DNA of 64,000 nucleotides, from positions 1,010-65,009 of the forward strand of contig JBARPC010000027.1 of NCBI GenBank assembly GCA_049642725.1. Reading direction: 5' to 3'. Position 1 is the first letter of the stretch. Every line of letters starts with the position of its first letter. This DNA is from Minisyncoccales bacterium. GTDB taxonomy: Bacteria > Patescibacteriota > Minisyncoccia > Minisyncoccales > JAGMDC01. Under the pieces are notes generated by a model. That model did no database searches and was not told the origin of the DNA. It saw nothing but the letters and a program-made list of their open reading frames with translations. Both the position numbers and the translations under genes were made by a program. This document shows, one piece after another, positions 24,991 through 35,331 of the stretch.

Positions 24991-27900
24991 ATGGAAGGGA
25001 TAAAAATTAAAAATTTTGGAAAATCAAAAGTTAATTTGCCTTTATTTTATCTCTTAGATGTCCAAAAAGAGAATTGGCAGCAATTTTGGGATAATGATTT
25101 GAAAGAGCTTTTTTCCGAAGTTTCTCCGATTAGAGACCATACTGGGAAGGAGCTGGAACTTTGGTTTTTAGATTATAAATTGTCAAAGTCCAAATACAAG
25201 AACGACTTAGAGGCAAAACAGAATAACGACTCTTATGAAGTTTCTCTTAGGGTAAAGGTAAGATTAGTTAATCTTAAAACAAAGGAAACTAAGGAGCAGG
25301 AGGTTTTTTTGGCTGATTTTCCGTTAATGACAGAAAGAGGAACTTTTATTGTTAATGGAGTTGAACGAGTAGTTATTTCACAGCTTATCCGTTCACCAGG
25401 AGCTTTTTTTACAAGCAAAACTGTGAACGGCAAAAGATATTTTGGAGCAAAAATTATTCCTAATAGAGGTGCCTGGCTTGAGTTTGAGACAGAGTCATCT
25501 GGCTTAATAGGAATTAAAATTGACAGGAGAAGAAAAGTGCCAGCCACTACTTTATTAAGAGTATTTGGTTTGAGTAAAGATGAAGATATAAAAAAGGTTT
25601 TTAAGGATATTGATAATGGCAAGATTAAGTATATTGAAAAAACCCTGTCTAAAGATAGCAGTAAAGACCAAACAGAGGCAATAATTGAAGTTTATCAGAG
25701 ATTAAGGCCCGGTGATTTAGCCAGTCCTGATTCGGCCAGGGAATTGATTGAAAATATGTTTTTCAATTTTAATAGATATGATTTATCAAAAGTAGGACGT
25801 TGGAAAACTCTGGAACGTCTGCCAGAATTAAAAAAAGAGAAAAACAAGAAAGATATTAAAGTAGAAGACAGGGTTCTTCATCTTGAGGATGTTATTGCAG
25901 TAATAAGAGAAATCATCCGTTTAAATAATGACCCGGAAGCGCAACCGGACCAAATTGACCATCTGGGGAATAGAAGAGTGCGAACCATAAATGAATTGCT
26001 TCAAAATCGTTTAAGGGTTGGTATGATGAGAATGGAAAGGATTATAAAGGACAAAATGTCCACGTTGGAAATTTCTGAGATAATGCCTAATCAGCTTATA
26101 AACTCAAAGCCCCTTATCGCAGTAATAAAAGAATTTTTCTCTTCCAGCCAGTTTTCCCAATTCATGGACAATGAAAATCCTTTGGCTGAACTTGAGCATA
26201 AGCGAACCTTGACTGCCACTGGCCCGGGAGGGCTTACTCGGGAAAGAGCTGGTTTTGATGTAAGAGATGTTCAGCCATCTCATTATGGAAGAATTTGTCC
26301 TATTCAGACTCCGGAGGGAGCCAATATCGGATTGGTAAGCCATTTAGCCGGTTATGCCAGAATTAATCCTTATGGCTTTATTGAGACACCTTATTTTAAA
26401 GTAAAGAAAGACAGAGTTACTTCAGAGCTTCATTATCTTACTGCTTATGAGGAAGAAAAATTTAATATTGCTCATGCTGGAGTGCCTATTGACGGAAATG
26501 GTATAATTACATCTCAAGTGGTTGAAGCAAGAATTCTTGGACTCCCGGGTGAGATTCAGAGAGAGAGAATTGACTTTATTGATGTTTCTCCGCAACAATC
26601 TATTTCTATCGCCACTTCTCTCATTCCTTTTTTACAAAATAATGATGCTAACAGAGCATTAATGGGTTCTAATATGCAGAGGCAGTCAGTTCCTTTAGTC
26701 AAGCCAGAGGTACCTTTGGTATCTACAGGCATTGAAAAGAAGATAGCTAAAGATTCTGGTCAGGAGATAGTTGCCAATGAAGAAGGAATAGTCACAGAGG
26801 TAGATGCTAACCATATAATCGTAAAAGAGAAAAGTAGAAAATCAAAAATATATAATCTGCGAACATTTATTAGAACCAATCAATATACTTGTTTACATCA
26901 GAAGCCAATCGTTCAAAAAGACCAGAAAGTGAAGGCAGGAGATGTTTTGGCTGACGGTGGTTCTATTAATAGAGGTCATTTAGCATTAGGCCAGAATGTT
27001 TTAGTTGCTTTTATGCCTTGGAGAGGAGGGAATTATGAAGACGCTATTATTATTTCAGAAAAGTTAGTAAAAGATGATTGTTATACTTCTATTCACATTG
27101 AGAGTTTCACTTGCGATGTAAGGGAAACTAAGCTGGGTCCTGAAATTACTACTTCTGATATTCCTAATGTTAGCTTGGAAAAATTAAAGGATTTAGATGA
27201 AGAGGGAATTGTTAGAACCGGGGCTGATGTAGCTCCTAATGATATTTTAGTTGGAAAAATTTCTCCAAAAGGAGAAGCAGATTTAACGCCGGAAGAAAGA
27301 TTACTAAGGGCAATTTTTGGAGAAAAGGCAAAAGAAGTGAAAGATAGTTCTTTGCGGATGGAGCATGGCAAGAAAGGAAGAGTAGTTGGAGTAAAAATCT
27401 TTGACAGGGAAAAAGGAGATAAACTGGAGCCGGGAGTTATAAGAAGAATACAGGTAGAAGTCGCTGAACTTAGAAAAATTGGAGCCGGGGACAAGCTTTC
27501 TGGCAGGCATGGGAACAAAGGAGTAATTTCCAAAGTTTTACCAGAAGAGGAAATGCCTTTTTTGAAAGACGGGACTCCGATTGATGTGATTTTAAATCCT
27601 TTGGGTGTTGCTTCGCGAATGAATATCGGACAGATATTAGAAACCCATTTGGGTTTTGCTGCCAAAAAGTTAGGTTATATTGCTGTTACTCCCCCTTTAA
27701 GCGGAGCTAATGAACAGGATATTAAAAGAGAGCTTAATAGCGCCGGTCTTCCTGAAGATGGAAAAGTTGAGCTGTTTGATGGAAGAACAGGGCTTGCTTT
27801 TCAAGAAAATATTACTGTTGGATATTCCTATTTAATGAAACTAATTCATATGGTTGAAGACAAAATTCATATGCGTTCTATCGGTCCTTATTCTTTGATT

Positions 27901-28173
27901 ACTCAACAGCCATTAGGGGGAAAGGCCCAGTTTGGCGGACAGAGACTTGGAGAAATGGAAGTTTGGGCTTTAGAGGGATATGGTGCGGCCCATATTTTAC
28001 AGGAGATGTTGACTATAAAATCAGATGACGTTACTGGTAGAGCGGCTACTTATGAAGCAATTCTAAAGGGAGAAAAAATTAGAAATCCTAATATTCCTGC
28101 TTCTTTTAATCTATTGGTTTTAGAATTAAAATCCTTGGGGCTTAATATAGAGGAAAAAGAAAAGCCACATTAA
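24991..28173 (+). CDS. rpoB: DNA-directed RNA polymerase subunit beta
   Basis: Conserved RpoB blocks throughout (e.g. GTFIVNGVERVVISQL, NPLAELEHKRTLTATGPGGL, GNRALMGSNMQRQ, GRHGNKGVISK, GGQRLGEMEVWALE). Confidence 0.98.
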   Translation: MEGIKIKNFGKSKVNLPLFYLLDVQKENWQQFWDNDLKELFSEVSPIRDHTGKELELWFLDYKLSKSKYKNDLEAKQNNDSYEVSLRVKVRLVNLKTKETKEQEVFLADFPLMTERGTFIVNGVERVVISQLIRSPGAFFTSKTVNGKRYFGAKIIPNRGAWLEFETESSGLIGIKIDRRRKVPATTLLRVFGLSKDEDIKKVFKDIDNGKIKYIEKTLSKDSSKDQTEAIIEVYQRLRPGDLASPDSARELIENMFFNFNRYDLSKVGRWKTLERLPELKKEKNKKDIKVEDRVLHLEDVIAVIREIIRLNNDPEAQPDQIDHLGNRRVRTINELLQNRLRVGMMRMERIIKDKMSTLEISEIMPNQLINSKPLIAVIKEFFSSSQFSQFMDNENPLAELEHKRTLTATGPGGLTRERAGFDVRDVQPSHYGRICPIQTPEGANIGLVSHLAGYARINPYGFIETPYFKVKKDRVTSELHYLTAYEEEKFNIAHAGVPIDGNGIITSQVVEARILGLPGEIQRERIDFIDVSPQQSISIATSLIPFLQNNDANRALMGSNMQRQSVPLVKPEVPLVSTGIEKKIAKDSGQEIVANEEGIVTEVDANHIIVKEKSRKSKIYNLRTFIRTNQYTCLHQKPIVQKDQKVKAGDVLADGGSINRGHLALGQNVLVAFMPWRGGNYEDAIIISEKLVKDDCYTSIHIESFTCDVRETKLGPEITTSDIPNVSLEKLKDLDEEGIVRTGADVAPNDILVGKISPKGEADLTPEERLLRAIFGEKAKEVKDSSLRMEHGKKGRVVGVKIFDREKGDKLEPGVIRRIQVEVAELRKIGAGDKLSGRHGNKGVISKVLPEEEMPFLKDGTPIDVILNPLGVASRMNIGQILETHLGFAAKKLGYIAVTPPLSGANEQDIKRELNSAGLPEDGKVELFDGRTGLAFQENITVGYSYLMKLIHMVEDKIHMRSIGPYSLITQQPLGGKAQFGGQRLGEMEVWALEGYGAAHILQEMLTIKSDDVTGRAATYEAILKGEKIRNPNIPASFNLLVLELKSLGLNIEEKEKPH

Positions 28174-28297
28174 TAAAAATACAAAACAAAAAACACAAAA
28201 CAAAAAATACAAGTTAAAATCAAAAAGTTTTATTAAATTATTTTTAGCTTTTTTGCTGTATTTTTAGCTTTTTTATTTTATATTTTAATTTATTTTT
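28174..28297 (+). repeat. Intercistronic A/T-rich repeat, copy 1 (rpoB-rpoC spacer)
   Basis: Shares ACAAAACAAAAAATACAAGTYAAAATCAAAAAGTT and TATTTTTAGCTTTTTT blocks with the reverse complement of 35690..35811. Confidence 0.75.
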
Positions 28298-31200
28298 ATG
28301 CGTGTCGCAGATCTTGAATCAATTACAATAAAACTTGCTTCACCAGAAGAGATTTTGAAATGGTCGCATGGTGAAGTAGTCAAACCGGAAACTATTAATT
28401 ATCGGACACAAAGAGCTGAAAAAGACGGTCTTTTTTGTGAGAAGATTTTTGGTCCGCAAAAAGATTACGAATGTTATTGCGGTAAGTATAAAAGAATCCG
28501 TTATAAAGGGGTAGTTTGTGATAAATGCGGGGTAGAAGTAACAAAATCGTCAGTTAGAAGAGAGAAAATGGGGCATATAAGCTTAGCTTGTCCGGTTTCC
28601 CATATTTGGTTTTTAAAAGGGATTCCTTCTAGGATAGGAGCGATTTTAGACGTTCCTGTCCAGCAACTGGAAAGAGTAATTTATTTCGCTTCTTATATTA
28701 TTACTGAGGTTGATGAGCAAGGTAAAAAGAAGATATTAGAGGAGATTGACAAGGAATACCAGCAAAAGTTAAAAGTTAAAAGTGAAAAGTTAAAAGTTGA
28801 TAAAGAAGGATTGAAAGAAGCAAGAAATAAAGCAAGAGAAGAAGTTTTAATATTAAAACCATTGAAAATTATTTCTGAACTTGATTATCATAATTTTTCT
28901 TTAAAATACGGCCAAATTTTTAAAGCAGGTACTGGCGCGGAAACATTGAGAAAGATTTTTGAAAAAGTTGATTTAAATAAAATGGTCAAAGAATTAGAAA
29001 AAGAATATAGAACAGGAGCAGGCATTTCTAACGAAGAAAAAAATAATCCAAAAGAAAAAACAGAAAGCTCTTTGATTATACAGAGAAAATTTCTAAGGCG
29101 GTTAAGAATAATCCAAAAAATGGCAGAAGCGGATATCCGTCCAGAATGGATGTTGTTGACCGCTATTCCTGTTTTGCCCCCTGATTTAAGGCCAATGGTT
29201 CAATTAGATGGAGGAAGATATGCTTCTTCTGATTTAAATGACCTTTACAGAAGGGTGATTAATAGAAATAATCGGTTGAAATATCTTTTAGAAATCAATG
29301 CTCCGGAAGTTATTGTTAGAAATGAAAAAAGAATGCTTCAGGAAGCAGTAGATGCTTTGATAGATAATACTATGAGAAAAGGGACAATGACTCAAGCTAC
29401 TACTGGCGGACAGCGACTTTTAAAATCATTAGCTGATATGCTTAAAGGAAAGCAGGGCAGATTCAGGCAGAATCTTTTAGGTAAGAGGGTGGATTATTCC
29501 GGCCGGTCAGTAATCGTAGTTGGAGCGGATTTAAAACTTAATCAATGCGGTCTTCCTAAAAAAATGGCATTAGAGCTTTTTAAACCATTTGTTATTAAAG
29601 GTATTTTAGATAAGGAATTAGCTTACAATGTAAGAGGCGCCACACGGCTTATTGAAGATGAAACAGACGATGTTTGGGCTATTTTAGAAAATGTCGTTAA
29701 GAGTAAGTTGGTTTTATTAAACAGAGCGCCTACTCTGCATCGTTTAGGTATTCAAGCGTTTCAGCCAATTCTTATTGAGGGAGACGCAATTAGAATTCAT
29801 CCTTTGGTTTGTTCTGCTTTTAACGCTGATTTTGATGGTGATCAAATGGCTGTTCATTTGCCGCTTTCAGATGAGGCCCAAGAAGAGGCAAAACAGCTAA
29901 TGCTTTCCACTGTTAATTTATTGAAACCAGCTACCGGAACTGCGGTTGTTAGTCCAAGCAAAGATATTGTTTTAGGATGTTACTGGATTACTAAAATAAA
30001 GGAAGGCGCCTTAGGTGAAGGTAAAATATTTGGTTCAAAAAATGAAGCGATTCTAGCTAAAGATACTGGATTAGTGGACTTAAGGGCAAAGATTAAAGTA
30101 AGATTCAAAGAAGGAGAAATAATTGAAACAACAGTAGGAAGAATTCTTTTTAATATAACACTTCCTGATAGTTACTCTTTTGTTAATGAGCAAATAAAGT
30201 CAAAAAAATTGGAAAAAATAGTAAATGAAATTATTGAAGATTATGATAATGAAATTGCTTGGCATTGTCTTGATGAAATCAAGGATTTAGGTTTTGAGTA
30301 TTCAACATTATCCGGCATTACTTGGGGAATGGATGATTTGGTTGTTCCAAAAGAAAAGAAAAAATTAATAGAAGAGGCAGAAAGAGATGTTGAAACAATA
30401 TACAAACATTACAAAAAGGGATTATTATCTAAAGAAGAAAGAATATCTAAGAGTATTGAGGTTTGGCAGAAAACTAAATCTCAAATAGAAAAGCTAGTTC
30501 CTAAAGCTTTGCCTCCTTTGGGTTCGGTTTTCTCTATTGTTGATTCTGGAGCAAGAGGTTCTTGGGCTCAGCCAGTGCAGATGTCTGGAATGAAAGGATT
30601 AGTTATTAATCCAGCTGGACAGATTATTGAACTGCCAGTAAAGAGTTCTTTTAAAGAAGGATTTAATGCTTTGGAATATTTCATTTCTACCCATGGAGCA
30701 AGAAAGGGAACTACGGATACTGCTTTAAGGACTTCTACCGCCGGCTATCTTACAAGAAGATTAATTGATGTAGCGCATGAAATGATTATTACAGAAGAAG
30801 ATTGTAAAAATAAGACAGGGATTATTGTTTTTAAGAAAGACGCTGACGATGCTAATCAGGATTTCTATTTCAAACTTGTAAGCAGGGTAGCTATAAAAGA
30901 TGTTAAAAGCAGAAACAAAGTTCTTGTGAAAGCAGGAGAAATTATTAATCAAGAACAAGCAAGGGCGATTATTGATGCTGACATTCAAGAGTTGAGAGTT
31001 CGTTCTCCAGTGAGTTGTAATACTAAAAGAGGAATATGTAGAAAATGTTATGGTTGGGAGCTTGGTTCAAATAAGTTGGTTCCATTAGGCCAGGCAGTTG
31101 GCATTGTGGCTGCGCAAGCCATTGGGGAACCGGGAACTCAGCTTACAATGAGAACCTTCCATACAGGCGGAGTGGCAAGCGCTGGTGATATAACTCAAGG

Positions 31201-31906
31201 TTTGCCTCGGGTAGAAGAAATTTTTGAATGCAGGATTCCGTCAGGAAAAGCAATAGTTTCTTCAGTAGATGGGATGATAGAAACTATTAAAGATGGAGCG
31301 ATAAAAGTAAAAAGTAATCCGCCAGCTGGCGGAGAAAAAGAAAAAACAAAAAAAAAGGAGATTATTGAATACCAAATTCCTGAAAAAAGAGCATGCTGGG
31401 TAAATGTTGGGGAAGAAATTAAAAAAGGACAGCAGCTTTGCGAAGGGAACTTAGATTTAAAAGAATTATTTAAATTGGTTGGAGCAGAAGAAACCAAACG
31501 TTATATTGTAAAAGAAATTCAAAATATTTATGCTTCTCAAGGAGGAGTTATCCATGATAAACATATTGAAGTAATTGTCCGCCAGATGTTTTCCAGGGTA
31601 AAAATTAAGGATCCAGGAGACAGTTTTTTGTTTAAGGGAGAAATTTTAGAGCAGACAAAGATAAATGAAGAAAATGCCCGTCTTAAAAAAGAAGGCAAGA
31701 AACTAATTAAAACAGAACAAACCCTGTTAGGAATTTCAAAGGTGTCTTTAACAACAGATAGTTTTTTATCTGCCGCTTCTTTCCAGGAAACATCGCGGAT
31801 TTTGATTAAGGCGTCTTTAGAAGGGAAAGAAGATAAATTAAAGGGTTTGAAAGAAAATGTCATTATCGGCAAACTCATTCCCGCCGGAACCGGCTTTAAA
31901 AAATAA
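28298..31906 (+). CDS. rpoC: DNA-directed RNA polymerase subunit beta'
   Basis: Zn-finger CYCGKYKRIRYKGVVCDKCG, catalytic NADFDGDQMAVH, and trigger-loop and clamp blocks. Confidence 0.98.
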   Translation: MRVADLESITIKLASPEEILKWSHGEVVKPETINYRTQRAEKDGLFCEKIFGPQKDYECYCGKYKRIRYKGVVCDKCGVEVTKSSVRREKMGHISLACPVSHIWFLKGIPSRIGAILDVPVQQLERVIYFASYIITEVDEQGKKKILEEIDKEYQQKLKVKSEKLKVDKEGLKEARNKAREEVLILKPLKIISELDYHNFSLKYGQIFKAGTGAETLRKIFEKVDLNKMVKELEKEYRTGAGISNEEKNNPKEKTESSLIIQRKFLRRLRIIQKMAEADIRPEWMLLTAIPVLPPDLRPMVQLDGGRYASSDLNDLYRRVINRNNRLKYLLEINAPEVIVRNEKRMLQEAVDALIDNTMRKGTMTQATTGGQRLLKSLADMLKGKQGRFRQNLLGKRVDYSGRSVIVVGADLKLNQCGLPKKMALELFKPFVIKGILDKELAYNVRGATRLIEDETDDVWAILENVVKSKLVLLNRAPTLHRLGIQAFQPILIEGDAIRIHPLVCSAFNADFDGDQMAVHLPLSDEAQEEAKQLMLSTVNLLKPATGTAVVSPSKDIVLGCYWITKIKEGALGEGKIFGSKNEAILAKDTGLVDLRAKIKVRFKEGEIIETTVGRILFNITLPDSYSFVNEQIKSKKLEKIVNEIIEDYDNEIAWHCLDEIKDLGFEYSTLSGITWGMDDLVVPKEKKKLIEEAERDVETIYKHYKKGLLSKEERISKSIEVWQKTKSQIEKLVPKALPPLGSVFSIVDSGARGSWAQPVQMSGMKGLVINPAGQIIELPVKSSFKEGFNALEYFISTHGARKGTTDTALRTSTAGYLTRRLIDVAHEMIITEEDCKNKTGIIVFKKDADDANQDFYFKLVSRVAIKDVKSRNKVLVKAGEIINQEQARAIIDADIQELRVRSPVSCNTKRGICRKCYGWELGSNKLVPLGQAVGIVAAQAIGEPGTQLTMRTFHTGGVASAGDITQGLPRVEEIFECRIPSGKAIVSSVDGMIETIKDGAIKVKSNPPAGGEKEKTKKKEIIEYQIPEKRACWVNVGEEIKKGQQLCEGNLDLKELFKLVGAEETKRYIVKEIQNIYASQGGVIHDKHIEVIVRQMFSRVKIKDPGDSFLFKGEILEQTKINEENARLKKEGKKLIKTEQTLLGISKVSLTTDSFLSAASFQETSRILIKASLEGKEDKLKGLKENVIIGKLIPAGTGFKK
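28764..28798 (+). repeat. Tandem heptamer array (AAAAGTT x5, one AAAAGTG variant) inside rpoC
   Basis: Read directly. Encodes QKLKVKSEKLKV. Confidence 0.9.
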
Positions 31907-31941
31907 ATAGAGATTGTTAGACACTTGGTGTTTAACACAGG

Positions 31942-31969
31942 CCCCTCGTTTTGCGAGGGGTTGTTTTTT
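31942..31969 (+). terminator. Rho-independent terminator after rpoC
   Basis: CCCCTCG-ttttg-CGAGGGG followed by TTGTTTTTT. Confidence 0.8.
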
Positions 31970-32018
31970 GTAAAAAACACTATTTTGTGGTAGAGTAGAT
32001 TATAGAATAGATACTATT

Positions 32019-34208
32019 ATGGCAAGGAAAAAGAAAAACAAGAAAAAAAATAAAAAAACCGTAATAAAAAAGAGAAAAAGGTCTCTTTTTCAGCTTGATT
32101 TACTTGAAGACACAAAGAGAAAAATTTATGGCGTCTTAATGTTTTTAGGCGCAATTCTTGTTTCTCTTTCTTTTTTCAATTTATTCGGCAGAGCAGGAGA
32201 AGTTTTTATGGAGCTTTCTGACTTATTGATTGGCAGGGCGCTTTTTATTTTGCCTTTACTTTTTATTTTAGCAGGAGTAGTTTTTTTTAGCCAGAAATAT
32301 GAGTCAGAAATAAGAAAGAATAAATTAGCTATATTTTTTGGAATTATTGTTTTAGTCTTAGGTGTATCTGGAATTTTAGGAATCACAAACTTAAATGGAG
32401 AGATAAAGTTGGGCGGATGGCTTGGATATTTAATATCTTTTCCTTTAATTAAGGCCTTTGGAATTTTAGGCGCTAGTATCGTATTTATAACAGTAATTAT
32501 TATTGGTGGTTTAATTCTCTGGCAGATTAGTCCTCGTCTTCCTCGGAAAGAAGAACCTTCCTTCGCCGAAGATTCAAAGGGCAAGGAAGAACCTTCATTT
32601 GTTCAAGCTCCTGAGAGCAGGAAAGAAAAACCAATAATTAGCGATATTTTAAAGAAAAAGGAAGTTAGATATGAGCCAGTATCAGAGAAAGAAACATCTT
32701 CCATTTTTAAATTAAAAACAAAACCGCTTACAGTTTTTTCAGGAGAGACATATCAGCCGCCGCCATTGGATTTACTGGTAAAAGACCAGGGCTCTCCTAC
32801 TTCAGGAGATATTAAAGTAAATGCCGCTATAATTCAAAGAACTCTTCAAAATTTTGATATTCCAGTAGAGATGGCAGAAGTGAATATTGGGCCTACGGTT
32901 ACACAGTTTACTCTTAAGCCGGCAGAAGGAGTAAAACTATCAAAAATTACTTCTTTAAATAATGATTTATCATTAGCTTTAGCTGCTCATCCTATTAGAA
33001 TTGAAGCTCCTGTTCCCGGCAAGTCATTAGTAGGAATTGAAATACCTAATAAAGGCAGGGCCAGAGTTGGTTTAAGGAATTTATTAGAGCAGCCCGAATT
33101 TCAGAATTCTTCTTCTAAACTTACTTTTCCTTTAGGAAGAGATGTAGCTGGCAATCCTGTTTTTGGCGATTTGAGTAGAATGCCGCATCTTTTAGTAGCT
33201 GGAAGCACCGGCAGTGGAAAAACAATTTGTCTTAATAATATTATTGCAAGCCTGCTTTACAGCAATTCTTCAGAGAGTTTAAGATTTGTTTTAGTTGATC
33301 CTAAGAGAGTAGAGTTTTCTATTTACAATGGTTTGCCGCATTTATTGTCTTCAGTGATTCTGACTCCGCAGAAAACGATTAATGTTTTAAAATGGCTGAT
33401 TACAGAAATGGAAAGAAGATTTGACGTGCTATCTGAAGTCAAGGCAAGAAATATAGCCGGTTATAATGAAATTGCAGCTGGAACTCAAAAAATAAATGGA
33501 GAAGCATTAGAACCATTGCCTTATATTGTTTTGATTATTGATGAATTAGCTGATGTTATGGCTGCTCGCGGCAGAGAAGTTGAGGCAGGTATTGTTCGTT
33601 TGGCGCAGATGTCTCGCGCAGTAGGAATTCATTTAATTCTAGCCACTCAAAGGCCTTCTGTAGAAGTAATTACTGGTCTTATCAAAGCGAACATTACAAG
33701 CAGAATTGCTTTTCAGGTTGCTTCTCAAGTGGATTCCAGGACTATTTTAGATATGGCTGGCGCAGAAAAACTTTTAGGTTCTGGAGATATGCTGTTTATC
33801 TCTGCAGAAGTTGCCAAACCGAAAAGAATCCAATGCGCTTATGTTACAGAAAAAGAAATAAAGAAAGTAACTGATTGGCTGAAAAAAGCAGAAGTTCCGT
33901 CAAAAGAAATTTCAGAAGAAAAAGAAAAGATAGACAAAGAAATTTCAAATTCAGTTAGTCCTATAGAAGAAGCTTTGGAAAAAGAAGAGAGTTTTTATGA
34001 TGAAGATTCGCTTTATGAGGAGGCAAGAAAGATTGTTATTGAATCAAAAAAGGCATCTGCTTCTTTACTGCAAAGAAGATTGCGGCTTGGTTATGCTAGG
34101 GCTGCCCGTTTAATAGATACATTAGAAGAAAGAGGAATAGTTGGCCCATCAGACGGAGCAAAACCAAGAGAAGTTTATATCATTGAAGAAAACGAAGAAA
34201 AGATATAA
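32019..34208 (+). CDS. ftsK: DNA translocase FtsK/SpoIIIE
   Basis: N-terminal TM helices, Walker A GSTGSGKT, Walker B VLIIDELAD and a C-terminal gamma (winged-helix) domain. The linker contains a tandem KEEPSF duplication. Confidence 0.93.
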   Translation: MARKKKNKKKNKKTVIKKRKRSLFQLDLLEDTKRKIYGVLMFLGAILVSLSFFNLFGRAGEVFMELSDLLIGRALFILPLLFILAGVVFFSQKYESEIRKNKLAIFFGIIVLVLGVSGILGITNLNGEIKLGGWLGYLISFPLIKAFGILGASIVFITVIIIGGLILWQISPRLPRKEEPSFAEDSKGKEEPSFVQAPESRKEKPIISDILKKKEVRYEPVSEKETSSIFKLKTKPLTVFSGETYQPPPLDLLVKDQGSPTSGDIKVNAAIIQRTLQNFDIPVEMAEVNIGPTVTQFTLKPAEGVKLSKITSLNNDLSLALAAHPIRIEAPVPGKSLVGIEIPNKGRARVGLRNLLEQPEFQNSSSKLTFPLGRDVAGNPVFGDLSRMPHLLVAGSTGSGKTICLNNIIASLLYSNSSESLRFVLVDPKRVEFSIYNGLPHLLSSVILTPQKTINVLKWLITEMERRFDVLSEVKARNIAGYNEIAAGTQKINGEALEPLPYIVLIIDELADVMAARGREVEAGIVRLAQMSRAVGIHLILATQRPSVEVITGLIKANITSRIAFQVASQVDSRTILDMAGAEKLLGSGDMLFISAEVAKPKRIQCAYVTEKEIKKVTDWLKKAEVPSKEISEEKEKIDKEISNSVSPIEEALEKEESFYDEDSLYEEARKIVIESKKASASLLQRRLRLGYARAARLIDTLEERGIVGPSDGAKPREVYIIEENEEKI

Positions 34209-34216
34209 AATAAAGT

Positions 34217-35224
34217 ATGATGAAGAAAAAAGAAACAAATCCGCCAGCTGGCGGAGAAAAAGGCGATTTAATTGAAGCAGTTGATGAGATTAAACAGCGC
34301 TTTGGCGATGGCGCTATTATGAAATTAAAAGATGTGCAGGCAGTAGATATAGATGTTATCCCTACTGGTTCAATTTCTTTAGATATAGCTTTAGGGGTAA
34401 ACGGTGTTCCGCGAGGAAGAGTAATTGAGATTTTCGGGGGCGAGTCGTCTGGCAAAACAACATTAGCTTTACATATTTTAGCTGAGGCGCAGAAGCGCGG
34501 AGGAATAGGCGCATTTATTGACGCTGAGCATGCGCTGGATCCTGATTATGCTAAAAGAATCGGCGTAAATGTTGATGAACTTCTAATATCACAGCCAGAT
34601 TCTGGAGAGCAGGCGCTTCAAATTGTAGAAACATTAGTGAGGTCAGGAGCTGTTGATGTAATTGTTATTGATTCAGTCGCTGCTTTGACTCCTAAAACAG
34701 AGATTGCTGGTGAAATGGGTGAATTTCAAATTGGCCTTCAGGCGCGTTTGATGTCTTCTGCTCTAAGAAAACTTTCAGGGATTGTGGCTAAAACTAAAAC
34801 ATCAGTTGTATTTTTAAATCAAATTAGAATGAAAATTGGCATAATGTTTGGCAACCCGCAAACAACCCCAGGCGGATTAGCTCTTAAATTTTACTCTTCT
34901 GTCCGTGTTGAATTAAGAAGAATCGCTCAGATAAAGCAAAAAGACGAGATTATCGGTTCTCGGATTAAGGCGAAAATTGTTAAAAATAAAGTAGCAGCGC
35001 CTTTTAAAACAGTTGAATTTGACATTTATTACGGGGAAGGAATTTCCAGGGCAGCAGATTTAATAAATGCTGGCTTAAAAAAAGAAATCATTAAGAAAAG
35101 CGGAAATACTTATAGTTTTGAGGATACTAAACTTGGTGTAGGTACAGAAGCGGTTAGAAGCTTTTTAAAGGAAAATCAAGATATAGCTGCAAAAATAGAA
35201 AAAGAAATAATTAAAAATCAATAA
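34217..35224 (+). CDS. recA: Recombinase RecA
   Basis: GxxxxGKT (GGESSGKTT), IVIDSVAAL and the L2 loop region. The N-terminus carries the NPPAGGEK palindromic cassette. Confidence 0.97.
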   Translation: MMKKKETNPPAGGEKGDLIEAVDEIKQRFGDGAIMKLKDVQAVDIDVIPTGSISLDIALGVNGVPRGRVIEIFGGESSGKTTLALHILAEAQKRGGIGAFIDAEHALDPDYAKRIGVNVDELLISQPDSGEQALQIVETLVRSGAVDVIVIDSVAALTPKTEIAGEMGEFQIGLQARLMSSALRKLSGIVAKTKTSVVFLNQIRMKIGIMFGNPQTTPGGLALKFYSSVRVELRRIAQIKQKDEIIGSRIKAKIVKNKVAAPFKTVEFDIYYGEGISRAADLINAGLKKEIIKKSGNTYSFEDTKLGVGTEAVRSFLKENQDIAAKIEKEIIKNQ

Positions 35225-35228
35225 ATAT

Positions 35229-35295
35229 CCCCCACCACTTTTGAATCCGTTGTGCAGATAGTATGCTAAGAGCATATGTTCAAAAGTGGTGGGGG
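35229..35295. other. Strong nested hairpin immediately after recA (17-bp perfect arms)
   Basis: CCCCCACCACTTTTGAA ... TTCAAAAGTGGTGGGGG with an inner TATGCT-aag-AGCATA hairpin. No flanking T-run on either strand. Confidence 0.8.
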
Positions 35296-35331
35296 AAAAG
35301 GTCGGAGCAACATTATCTATATTTTATTTTT

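Noticed and set aside
32530-32600. GC-richer segment in the ftsK linker, considered as another palindromic insertion.
   Set aside because: It is better explained as a tandem duplication of GAAGAACCTTC(C/A)TT encoding KEEPSF twice. Its hairpin potential is weak.
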